A stretch of DNA of 64,000 bases, taken from the NCBI GenBank assembly GCA_000320545.1, contig ADNK01000588.1:1-64000 (forward strand), in the 5' to 3' direction. Shown piece after piece: positions 52,270 through 64,000 of this stretch. Every line of letters begins with the position of its first letter. Position 1 is the first letter of the stretch. Origin of the DNA: Bigelowiella natans CCMP2755. Lineage: Eukaryota > Protista > Cercozoa. Made by a program: the position numbers and the translations under genes. Under the pieces are notes generated by a model. That model made no database searches and was not told where the DNA came from. It saw nothing but the letters and a program-made list of their open reading frames with translations.

Positions 52270-53100
52270 CTAGATGATTGTTGCTCATGCCTGTCGCTCA
52301 CATTTCTAGGTAGATATTCATTTTGTGTTTGTACATGCATGACTAGAAGTGCGTCTAATCTAGCAGGTCACACATTTGATCGAAATCAGTTCGTTTTGCA
52401 TTGCCCAAGCGATCTAGCGATCGATGCGATGTGAAATGTCATGCTTAGACATTCATGTGTTGATTGCACATGCTAGCATGGACGTTTAGACGTGGCGAAA
52501 AAAAACGAAATGCACATGCACAGCTAGTCAGCGAAACTTGCACCTAGCAAGCAAGCTAGCTAAAAACCATCATCTCTAGATCTCTTCTTGTCTAGAGTAT
52601 TGTCTAGATTGTGCTTGCGCGGCATGCTAGCATGCTAGCATGTTGCGTGCACACATTGATCTCTAGCTCTACACAACGCTAGAATGGCTAGACTCACAAG
52701 GTCTGCTAGTCTGGCTAGCTAGCTAGCTAGGTAGATAGCTAGATAGTGATGATGCCATTCAGACTCACTAGCTCGATTAGATGTCTAGATGAGATGGCAT
52801 GCACAATCTGGTTGCCATAGCTGCGTGTCTAGATGTGCAGACATGATGATGATGGCTCGTGAAGCGTTTAATTTTGCGATGCCCAACTAGCCAATCACCT
52901 TTTTAGAGACCTAGCTAGCTAGCTAGGAGAAAGTAGCGTCAAGATTTGCGCGCATGTCACAAAATGAAGATAGCTGGCAAACTGGTTCGCTTGCTAACTT
53001 GCTCATACATCTAGCTAGCTAGACATGTTGAGATGCTAGCATGCTGCTAGCTAGCTAGAATGCCGAAGAAATAGTTCGTAGTGTCGAACCGCATGCTGTG
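52270..53100. other. CTAG-rich, otherwise TpA-depleted intergenic island
   Basis: Manual count of ~38 CTAG in ~830 bp, with only ~5 TpA outside CTA/TAG. Confidence 0.85.
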
Positions 53101-53282
53101 CACTGGTCATTTTCGAGCACTTCTATGTTGAGTTTCGGGGCACATTTTGTGAATGTAATTTGTGCAGCTATATAAGATATCGATCCGCGTGAATAAATGT
53201 CTAGATGTTGACACTACAGCGATGCAGCTGAAAGCAGCAAACGGACTGTGTGTTCTGCCGCAAACGACTATCAAATCAAAAG

Positions 53283-54899
53283 CTAGCGGCGAGATAGCAG
53301 CATCCAGGCAATGGCTCCCATCCCAAGAAGAATCTCCGATCTGTATTCCTCCCACAACGTCGAGGTTTGCAACGGTCGCCTGCAGCGTTTATTCATAAAA
53401 CCACACACACGCACGCACGCACGCACGCACACACGATACAGCTCGAATCATGCACGGATATGCGGCTAGGACAGCCTCCTAGGAGTAGCACATCGAAAAG
53501 GAATTGTCAGCAATATAGAGAACCTTTCCTCCCCCGAACCCCGATTATTCGGACCCGCCGCCAGCATTTCATTCGACTTCTTCAAGCTTGCCTACGAGTG
53601 GAGGTCAGTCAGCAAACAACAGAGCCAACAACAGGGGCAAGAGCATATTCAGCAAGTAGCGGTGTCAGTCCGTCCTTTCGAATGGCAAATGTCGATGACG
53701 ACGATGATCGCCGATAATCTCAATAAAATAACGTCAAAATCGAGAAGTGAGCAAAGGGGGGGAGGGGGGGGGGGGGGGGGTTACTCTTTTTCGGTAGTCA
53801 TATTTCTCACTATGTAGCCAACCACGCACTCTTTGACGAGAAGTAATAATACCTCGAGATTTGCCACTTGCCTCTTCAGGGCTTGCTGCTCGCGCTTCAT
53901 CGCCTTCGTCTCCATCCACATCGTCGCGTAGTCGCTGGTGGGTGGGGGGAGGAAGAGAGACGCCAAGGTCAGATTGAGGATTATGATGCTCGTGGCGAAG
54001 GTGATGGTCATGGTGGTGGTGGTGAGGATGATGATGACAATAACGACGGCTATTATACGCTTCATTTCTTAATTCCAAAACATAAACTGCGGGAACCAAA
54101 AAGGAAAAGAAAGCACGGTGCCGTCGTTGTCGTGGTCGTCATCACTCAAGACCGAGTGAATGGCGTTTCCAAACAAGATTTGTTTTTTTTGCGAAGGAGG
54201 GAAGGGGGGGGGGGGACTAAGGCCTGCTGCTGCTGCTGCTGCTGCTACACTACTATAGCCACTACGAGGACGATAATGACGTTGCACTACATGTGATCAG
54301 GTGGTAGGTCAGTCTTCTCCGAGAGATTTGCGACACCTGGAAGCATTTTGCCTACAAAACACACACACACACATACCCATCAGTTGATTATATCAATTAT
54401 GCTGCTATTATTTCTCAATTTTACCTTCCATGAGAACGAGCGACGAGCCTCCCCCTGTACTTGCATGTGATATCTGCTCAGCAACAGGCAAGGATCCAAC
54501 CTAGAGTGTGTGGGTGGGGGGGGGGGGGGGGGGGATAAATCTGATCATGCCTCATGCCTCTCAGCGAAGCAGCAGCAGTAGATGGCGCCAGAAGGAAAGC
54601 AGAGCCAATCAATCATCGTCATCATCGTCATCATCGTCATCATCGTCATCATCGTCATCACCAAACCTTGAATTTCCTGGAGGCCGCTCCGGTATCCCCC
54701 CCCCCGATGATGGTGGTGCACCCCATGGCAGTTGCTTTGACCATCTCGACCTGAGAAAGACAGAAAAGGGGGAGGGGGGGAGTGAGGAGGGGGGGGGTTG
54801 GAGTAGTGATGCTTAGTGCTGCTGTTCCTGCTGCTGATGATGATAATGATGATGATGATAATATTTCTTCTTACAAGAGCAGTGGTGAGAGTCGTCGGT

Positions 54900-54933
<34 letters not shown>

Positions 54934-55097
54934 TAGTGGTGGTAGTGGTAGTGATAATAACGACAGCATATATACTGACATATAGTATACCAAAAGTCGT
55001 GTTTATTATCATGACTACTAGTAGTACGATAGTACCATCGCTTGCTCTGTTCCTTTGGCAAATGCAGCGAATTCGAATACACCCAGAGGACCGTTCC

Positions 55098-55141
<44 letters not shown>

Positions 55142-55144
55142 TGG

Positions 55145-55179
<35 letters not shown>

Positions 55180-55430
55180 GCTGTGACGCCGATGTGACGC
55201 GATGCGTTGCAATATTTCTGCGTGGTTCTCTCATCCTCAGGAAAGTATTATTATTACTATTTTTATTATTAGTGTTACTACCACTACTACTACTACTACT
55301 CCTACTACCCACTACTACTACTACTACTATTGTTTTCGAAACTAACCAGAGAATCGTCTTTGCCCTTTCTCATCACCGCCTTGAATTCTGCGATAATACG
55401 ATCACTCACTGTGCATGTTCAGGACTGGTG

Positions 55431-55462
<32 letters not shown>

Positions 55463-55516
55463 GGTGGTAGGAAATGGAGTGTTTCTTCCTCCTCCTCCTC
55501 CTCGTTCTCCTCCCCC

Positions 55517-55549
<33 letters not shown>

Positions 55550-56031
55550 ACACTATCATCGTCGTCGTCATCGTTCTCGAACTACTTTCAATAGATTTCC
55601 TGCCGACGTCCAACGCCATCCATCCCTTGCAGGATCATCATGGGGAGGAGAGAGGAGGGGGAAAGGGGGGGGGGAGGGGGGAGGGACCAAAATCCAAATA
55701 TTCTATTAGCAATAAAACAATGCAAAGCAGTCATATATTGGCGCGATCCATTCCTTCTAGAATCTCTGTGTTTAAATGGGAGAGTAACGGTAGAGTGATT
55801 ACTACTTCAAAATACCGATGATTTTTGTTAAAACACTGCTGAAAGCAGCATAGCTGGACAACAACCGCCGCCACCACCACCACTACCACCACCGATCTTA
55901 TTTTTTCCTTTCTTTTTTTTTTCATATAAAGGAATACAATGCCGCGGCGTGTAGCCAGCAGCAAGCCTGGCAGCAGCAGCATCATTACCTTCGGTATGCC
56001 TTCAGAATCGTCGACATATTGAACCTGCACG

Positions 56032-56068
<37 letters not shown>

Positions 56069-56098
56069 GTGTGTGATTGAGATGCCGATGAAATCCGC

Positions 56099-56148
<50 letters not shown>

Positions 56149-56348
56149 CTCGTTCTCTCCCTTTCCCTCTCTCTCTCCCTGTTTCTGATAGTTATTGTGA
56201 AGCCTAATGGTCACCTGGGCATCCGGAGCGAATCGATCTGCAATGACATGATCCGTTGGGAAAGTGATCGTCACTCCCTGCAGCTCGGCCTCCTGCAAAC
56301 AGCGTTGCGTTGCATGGTTAAGGCATCATACCAGCATCGTACCAACCC

Positions 56349-56391
<43 letters not shown>

Positions 56392-56796
56392 CTACACACA
56401 CACATAGAGAGAGAGAGGGGGGGGGGGGAGGGAGCAGCATTCACGCTGCATCACCATCATCATCATCATCGCTTCCTGCTTTGCGCTTGCGGTTGTTGGT
56501 TGTTGGTTGTTGGTGGTTGGTGTTCGACGTCGCGTGCGTACCTCCATGATGCTGCCGACGATCTTAGCACCCTCTTTGTCAAACAAGGAAGAACCGATGT
56601 CCACCCCATCGCACACCTTCGAGGAGTCAGTGTGTGATAGTAGGAAGATAAAGAGGAGGAGGAGGAAGGGGAGGGGGGAGGTGGAGAGTCGGGGGAGGAA
56701 GGGGGGGAGAGGAAAGCTTTTTTTTTTAAAGTGTCGGTTGGTTTTTTTGAGTGTGTACCCTCCCTTCAATATATTAATCTCTCTCTCTCTCTCATA

Positions 56797-56831
<35 letters not shown>

Positions 56832-57194
56832 TCTTGAACGTGTACGCCATTCCTCCCGCGATGAACACCTATCAATACATCCAATACATCCTTATGGAAC
56901 AAGGTAAATAGGCGGTTTGTACATACATGTACATACATATATGAGAGAGAGAGAGAGAGATGGAAAGGGGGGGGGGGGGTGGCGAGAAATTCATCATCGA
57001 AGCAGCAAGCCAGTTCAGTTCCTCATTAGCGATTTTGAGCATATTACGAATGGCCCTGATTTTATCGGTGACTGGTTGATCATATTATCCGAGAAGGAGG
57101 AGAAGAAGAAGAAAAGAAAGAAAACAAGCATGACCACCATCAATAGCCGCTAAGAGAGGCAACAGACAGCTGCCATCGTCTATCCTCCTCCTTC

Positions 57195-57230
<36 letters not shown>

Positions 57231-57692
57231 CCGTCGCTGTTAGAAACGAACAGCAAGCAAAACATGAACACATTTGACCCTCCGATCATAGCAAGGAAAG
57301 GACGATTCGAATTGCCAAGCACCTTGGAGTAGTACCTTCGCACAACGGAAACACGCACCGCACACACACGCACACACACACACACACACACACACGCGCG
57401 CGCGCACAAAATACACACAGAGAGCTCCTTTTCATATCCTCATCATGATCCAGATCATCATCTCCCATATCCTGCCATCCATTGTTCTCGACACCGACAA
57501 CTCTCAATCCGCTGTCTCACTTTGCTCCCCATCATGTGCTATTATTGCAATCTCCTAGCTCTCGAGTAGCAAAGCTGGTAATAATGATACAAATGCGTCG
57601 CGCCACCATGCGCTGCACACACGATTACTTCTCCCACACTACAAAAACTACTACTACACCTGCAATAACAACTCGCACACATCTAAGTTTAA

Positions 57693-57735
<43 letters not shown>

Positions 57736-57740
57736 CAGAG

Positions 57741-57776
<36 letters not shown>

Positions 57777-59004
57777 TGATAATGATATCAGCTAAACACG
57801 AGAGAACATACGTGAGCTCCTTCTTGACCAGTAGCCCTGCAACCCTTTGCGGCAGGTCTATTCCAACTACACTAGAGTGCGGCCTACCAATATCGACGAC
57901 GACGAACCATATACACAATCACGGGTAGCCAACGCAGCAGACAACAAGAAACCGATGGTGATGACAATGATTATAATAGTTGACGATGATGATGATGATG
58001 ATGTTGATGATGATGATTGATGATTGATGATTGATGATTGATGATTGATGATAATGTGAGAATGAAACGGATAGCGACGAGAATCGTCGTTTGTACCGCC
58101 AGTCTTACGAACACGGGGGCGGCGTAATAAGATACAAAAAAAGGTGCGAAACGAGCGTTTTAAAAGAAAACATCGATGATTATTCATGACCCCCCCCCCG
58201 ACACGGGCAAAAGAGCATGCAGTCAGTGAAGAATATTTCTTTATTCTGGGGTGGGGCCTAGATTATCTCGCAAGAGGTGCATTTCACCACCGATGAGCGG
58301 CACCAAAGGCCTCGAAGACATAGACGTCGCCAAGCTGAGTCAGAGCTTTTCGGAACCGCTGCACCGCCTCCGGAATGGCTTTTCTGCCGATGGGAAGGAG
58401 ACAGGAGGCGTGTGGGGAGGGGAGGGGGAGGAGGAGGAGGAGGGGGAGGAGGGGGAAAAGAATCATGAGGTTATCGATTCAAGGATGAAGGATATCGATC
58501 GGGTGAAGATGGGGTGATGATAATGTTGTTGATAGACAGGGTTTACAAAGAATGCATATCAGTAGCAGCAATTGGCTCGTTATGAGGCAAGTGACGTACG
58601 TACTTCTTCTCCCCCTTGTAGTTGACACTGGATCCACACTCCTCGATGTGAAAGCGAAGATTCTCACACAGGTACACCGTACATTCCTGATGAAGAGATA
58701 AGTTGTTTATGAATCACCGATAGGCAATCGTGGAGGGGGATTTTCTGTTGTGCTATGTGTTCTATGTGTGATGATCCTCATTCGTCGCTGTTTTTAGTGG
58801 ATCGTTGGCAGTGGTAATAGCCGCGTATTGATCATGAGAGTTTGTCTTCGTCGTCATCATCATCAGACTATTACGTGCAGGGCTCACCTCCGTGCTGTTG
58901 ATTTCCTCCTCGATTGTAGGTCCAACACACTCATCCAGAAACTTCACCGGTGCGTAGTCCTGAGAGCCGCAATATCAACACAGACGAACAACTATCTTAA
59001 TGTA

Positions 59005-59052
<48 letters not shown>

Positions 59053-60339
59053 ACATGTTCCGCGTCAACCCTCCCCCCCCCCCCCCCCTGGGAAGGCGAA
59101 TTTTTCCGTGCTTGGTAAGTATCCCAATGTGTGTGCGAATGGGGGTATGGACCTTAAAATACTCCCCCCGGAGGGAAGCGACCCGGGTGAGGGAGAAATC
59201 CTGTCAGCCCCACCCCCACAAACAAGAATTATAAAGGGGGGGAGAGAGGGCGCATTTTTTACACATTATCGTTGCCCATCCAGGATTGTACCCCTCCTAT
59301 TTCACACATTCTCCCCCTCCCTCTGCAATAACGATAAGGCAAGCCACGTAAGAATACCTCTTTTTTAAATTTCCCCCCCGGACGGCCCAGGTGGCAAATA
59401 AGCACGATGCACTTTGGTAGTCGTTTCTTGTTTGAAAGCATGTACTATGTAGTTGGACAAGCAGAAGGAGGGAGGGGGAGGGGGGGGGGTGAGTACTGTT
59501 TCGCACCTGGTTTTCGAACATAATTTATGAAATAACTGCCCAGAAGCTCTACCTTGATACTATCTAATGATGCAATGATCCGTGTAGGATCCGTCACCTG
59601 TATGATTTAAAGAAGGGGGGGGGGGGGTGAAGAGTGTCTATGTTAGTGATGGAAGTTGAGGCTGATGATTAGTAAGATGGGAAGGGGAGGGAGGCAGAAG
59701 ATATATTTTACTTTGCCATCTTTGATGGGAACGTTGTAATCCACACGACAGAGAACTCGCTTGCCTGAGTATCAGCCAAAATTATCTCCTTCTCCCCACA
59801 CTTCCCCTCCTCCTCCTCCTCAGCATCCTTGCATCCATACAATAAGAAAATAAAAGCGAAACATCTTTACCTTTGAAATCGATGTCTTCAATCGACTGCT
59901 TGGAAGCCAGCACGCGGATTGATAGCTCCTTTTCGCCTACAAGGGGGAAAGGGAATAGGATGGAGATGAAGGGGAAATGCGACAGCGCTACTTCGGATGA
60001 TATCAGGAACTATGATAAGTATGTTGTGAGAGCTTTGTGAGTTTATGATGTCAGAAAGCTCTTGCTAGAAAATAATGTCAAGCGATTGATGCTGTAAGTA
60101 ATACTTCGATCCCATTTGGGAAGAGGTAGCACCCAGAATTCCTAACAGTTTATTGTGCCAAGATACAAGTCAGACATTGGCCAATTCATGGTTCTATATC
60201 TGTCTCCGGATATTCGTCGTAGACGATTTCCATCCGCCCTGGCGGATTTATCCGAAGAAAAGCCGAGACAGCACGAAACAAAGCTTTTTCTAACGACCTT
60301 CTCGCTCGAAGAATTCTTTCTTTTCTTGACGTCTCCCAT
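53283..60339 (-). CDS. PGK: Phosphoglycerate kinase with a predicted C-terminal coiled coil and hydrophobic tail; 5' end uncertain
   Basis: SIEDIDFK, RVDYNVP, CHLGRP, ENLRFHIEE, GDVYVFEAFGAAHR, RPFLAMIGG, AGGMAYTF, NGPLGVFE, IGGGDTG, GKMLPGV. Confidence 0.9.
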
Positions 60340-60768
60340 GGTTGATAGATAAAATGGAGTGGAACCCTAGTCTTGCTCACGTGGAAGTTCTCTGATGGCC
60401 AGTGAATGGCTCGACCTTCGGAGGTTTGTTTGTGGGCCCTTGTCCACGTAAGTGACGGCGGTCCTTCCGAATGGAAATCCACTTCCAATAAAAACGCACT
60501 GCAAAAATTACAAAAATGCGACAAAAAGCATGTCGCGATTTCCAAAATCACAGTAAACCGGGGTGGTCACGATAGTACCCCCCCCCCCCCCTTCGGAAAA
60601 TCAAATGATATTTCTTTCTCGGTTTGAAATTTTACCAACTAAACTTGCCAATCTGGCATGTCGTCGCATAATTTTCTCCGCTGTTTTTTATCATTTTCTC
60701 CAGCTCAGATCTTGGCCGAAATCCGGCAAAATTACCAGTGTGCGCTTGGGCAGTCAGCTGGCGCTGGC

Positions 60769-60811
60769 TGGCTGGCGGTCTGGCTGGCGGTCTGGCTGGC
60801 GGTCTGGCTGG
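60769..60811. repeat. 12-bp tandem repeat (TGGCTGGCGGTC, ~3.5 copies) in a divergent promoter region
   Basis: Directly visible. Confidence 0.85.
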
Positions 60812-61168
60812 TCGCCAGGTATAAAAATAAAAACGCAGGACATTTACATGAATATCGTTACAAGTTCGACGATTTTTCGGGATGTCGCAGTAATGACCGC
60901 CAGGCAGGCAAGCTGGCGACCCTGGCGCATCCCGAAATCCATGTTTTCGTGAGAGATTTCGATGTTTTTGGAGAAAATTGCAGCGCGTTTGTCGAGAAAA
61001 CACTGGCCCGAGCACCTACGTGTGCCGCTTCTGTACCGCAGCTGGTGGATCGCCGTGAGCTCTGGACAATTTCCGCACCGAGAGCAGGTCCATAAGTCGA
61101 TCCCTGCAACCCGAGCATTTGAGAGCGTGACAACTATCAACTAAGACTCGCTGATATAATAACCTCCC

Positions 61169-61960
61169 ATGGCTGACAATCAAGGGAATAAGAGGACGGA
61201 AGGTCCCGCCACCACCGCCCAGGATGACGACGACTCGATTTCACTCATCATCTATGGAACCATCGACGCAGAAATGAATAGCCCCATGGCTAGCCAGAAC
61301 AGCACTTCCGACGATGCAAAGTCAGTGCAATCAATGGGAGCTGAGTCCTCGCATCAGCAATCTAGCGGCTCGTCGAGTCCAGATAACCGCTATGAAACAA
61401 TCTTGGGGTGTCCGAACATGACACCTGAGGGCCCCGCTCCACAAGTGAATCAAATCTCATTTAAAGATGACCGGATTCAAGATGCAACGAAGAGCATTAG
61501 CGACCCCAGTCGAGAATACAATCCATCCGAGGCACCCGGCGATATGATGGCAGCTAACATCCCTGAATTGAGGACCCAAAGATCGTCAAGCAAACTTGAA
61601 AGCAGAGGAACGAAGGAAGTCATTAAGGTCCCCCATACTAAAAAAAAAGGGAAGAAGAGAAATAGAAGGCGTCTGGGATGCGAAAACTGTGTGACGGGAA
61701 AGTATAAATGCTCAGCAGTCGTCGACAAAAAATTTCCTTGCCAGCAATGCATTAAGGACAAATGTGAGGAGCTTTGTGATGGACCATATGATCCACGTAA
61801 GCACACCTTTTTCAATCCACGACTTGAAAGGAAAGGCACGGGTAAGAGGTTGCGTGACACATCTCTCTCGATGGAAGGACATCGTTGTCGCAAGATACGA
61901 AAAGGGAAGCGCTGCATCCGACCTTTCAAGCATGGTGGAAATTGCAAATACTCAGGATAA
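61169..61960 (+). CDS. Intronless putative transcription factor with a Zn2Cys6-like cluster and a C-terminal Cys/His motif
   Basis: Basic stretch, then C-x2-C-x6-C-x9-C-x2-C-x8-C (CENCVTGKYKCSAVVDKKFPCQQCIKDKCEELC), plus CRKIRKGKRCIRPFKHGGNC. Confidence 0.7.
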   Translation: MADNQGNKRTEGPATTAQDDDDSISLIIYGTIDAEMNSPMASQNSTSDDAKSVQSMGAESSHQQSSGSSSPDNRYETILGCPNMTPEGPAPQVNQISFKDDRIQDATKSISDPSREYNPSEAPGDMMAANIPELRTQRSSSKLESRGTKEVIKVPHTKKKGKKRNRRRLGCENCVTGKYKCSAVVDKKFPCQQCIKDKCEELCDGPYDPRKHTFFNPRLERKGTGKRLRDTSLSMEGHRCRKIRKGKRCIRPFKHGGNCKYSG

Positions 61961-62843
61961 ATGTAGACAAAGCACACTTGAGAAGCAAAAGAGGTTCAAA
62001 CCTTGCGACTGCTCATCGAACTCGCATTTTTAGTCTAGGATACTTACGGCTTCAGTAACCTGTTTCAGTGTCAAGAATTAGAGATCTGCAAGTGGTGGCG
62101 TTTGTGCTATGTGTTGAGTTCCTATCACATTCTTTATGCAATTCGTTCAATGCTTCATTAAGGAAATATGTTGACACCATTTGGATTCCCTTCATACGAT
62201 GCTACTTTTGCATGTGCAATAAACTCGGGTCGTAGGTGCGCACGTTTTGTTCGTCGCCGCGCTTGCGTGCTCCGCTTCGTTTAGCACACGTTATCATTAT
62301 GTGTTGCACATTGCTGCTCCTGCCGCACAAATGCGAATCGAAGCAACTGTGGCGCGTGTGAACATAATATAAGCACGCTATATACTCGGCTCATTAGAAG
62401 CAGGAAGTTTCTCTAATTGCTCCTCGAGAGTCTTTGATTTTCAAAAATGACATGAAATTACGCTCGCAATATATAGTGACAAGAAGTGACATCATCGAAG
62501 GAAACAGCAACTACTACACACGTCGGCCGGAAAAGGCATTTACAATGCGCGCTTGTGTGCTTATTATTGCTGCCCACCCTCTGCATGTACTTGGTTGATC
62601 ATTTTTACACATTCTCATATAAGATTAGTGATTCCTTCTTGACAATATGCAGATGGCAGTAATACTACAAACGCGCCCGCGCCGTGAAATGGCGGAGCTG
62701 ATTAATTTCGATTTTGAGGTTATGCTGCTGGCAATTGTGAGAGCCATAACCAATCCGCAGAAAAGCCAGAGAAGTAACAGAAGAGGTTGTCGCGTAAATC
62801 CTCAAACGATGAAATCAACACGCAAACGAAACGCCAACTACCA

Positions 62844-63280
62844 TTATGTGTCGATTTCCATACTCTCCGACGAATCATCCATCATATCATCCGATGTTGT
62901 CAGATCTATAATATCGTGATGATCATCCCTCTTGATATCGTCTTCTTCATTCACTGCAGTCTTTTTATCTTTTGCTTTTGTACTCGAAGTCTTGCCTCTG
63001 ACACCTCTCTTGAGCATGTGCGAGTCGATTCGAACGCAATGGAGTTGGTACCCTTTTATGCCGTGGAAGGGGAGAATGTTTTTGGTGTACCATAACTCTG
63101 GATTGATGTGGCGATCCAAGATCTGACGGAGAATTACCACATTTAAAAGCACTACATCACTTAAGGGGTAGGAGACTTGGAAGAGAAGGGCGAATGCATG
63201 ATGAGACAATGGATGAAAATGAAGTAAAAGCTGAACGGAGGAGAGAAAGATGTGTATACGTGTAATGTGTAGATTGTAAA

Positions 63281-63355
<75 letters not shown>

Positions 63356-64000
63356 AGCGTACACCATGTGATGCAGCATGATCTTCTGCGAGTCTTCCTC
63401 CAAGGAAAAAGATTTCCCATCATTTGAAACAGCTCCCCAATCGATCAATCTCGCCACCCTGTAGTCTTCCATCTTCATCTCTCCCAATTCTTTCTCAAGA
63501 AGATAATCCCCAGGAGAGGTTGTGAAGCTTGACTCTCCCTCTCGGTATAGCAGCGCCTCCGTCGGAAGATGATGGAGAGAGCGAGTGGCCTCGAGGTTGA
63601 CCAGATTCACTTGAACTCGAAATCTATCCTCGTGATAGAAGCGGCTTTTATTTTCACTTCTGCTCTTCGCAGCAAGCTTAACGCCAAGACTATCTACACT
63701 ATTAGACGATTCATTCTTGATGAGGCGTGCGATCGCATCGTAGAAAGCTTCTGGAATGTCGCGCAACGCGTTCTTAAGATTTTCCGAGCAATCTATGGCT
63801 GTTTCCATGAGGCATCCCTTAAAACCATCCACAGTACACGGAGTGAAGCTCTGATTTTCCACGAAATACTTTTGGAGACACTCTGTCACGAGATTCGTTA
63901 ATTCACGGCTTTCACGGTATGATTTTAACCTTTTTTGGTTGCTGCATTCTTGCTTATACTGTTCAAGTTTATCTAGGATTATTGCATTTTCAAAGTCTTC
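62844..64000 (-). CDS. 3' part of a hypothetical protein
   Basis: Long open exons at 63360-63889 and 62844-63120, separated by a microsatellite intron. Acidic tail containing IIDLT. Confidence 0.5.

Noticed and set aside
60769-60811. Short direct repeats as a CRISPR-like array
   Set aside because: The repeats are contiguous with no spacers, the context is eukaryotic, and there are no cas genes.
63400-63480. RLIDWG as a protein kinase DFG-like motif
   Set aside because: No HRD or other kinase motifs are visible at the expected spacing.

Overview
Eukaryotic, intron-rich nuclear DNA from a flagellated protist. A bipartite-looking leader on the ChaC-like gene and the very short introns suggest a chlorarachniophyte-like alga, but this is inference. 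I assembled the gene models by hand from GT-AG exons, so their ends are approximate. In order the window holds: exon 1 of a cathepsin C-like protease (-), anoctamin/TMEM16 (+), LZTFL1/BBS17 (-), an EF-hand ciliary-type protein (+), an intact young Ty3/Gypsy LTR retrotransposon (-), G-alpha (+), an unknown gene (-), an intronless Arf (+), two head-to-head FOXRED2-like flavoproteins, a ChaC-like gene (-), tRNA-Thr(CGT), a Sar1-like GTPase (+), a ~12 kb Ubl-ARM-kinesin-fimbrin fusion (+), PGK with a predicted tail anchor (-), a Zn2Cys6-like protein (+) and a partial unknown gene (-). Four observations stand out. (1) The retrotransposon polyprotein ends in a degenerate N6-adenine methyltransferase (Dam/DIRS-type) domain. 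(2) Intergenic islands after the compact genes have lost almost all TpA except in CTAG/CTA/TAG, which looks like a targeted mutational or base-modification signature, and the element sits inside one such island. (3) A kinesin appears fused to a full fimbrin-type actin-bundling module. (4) PGK has a splice-dependent C-terminal membrane anchor.
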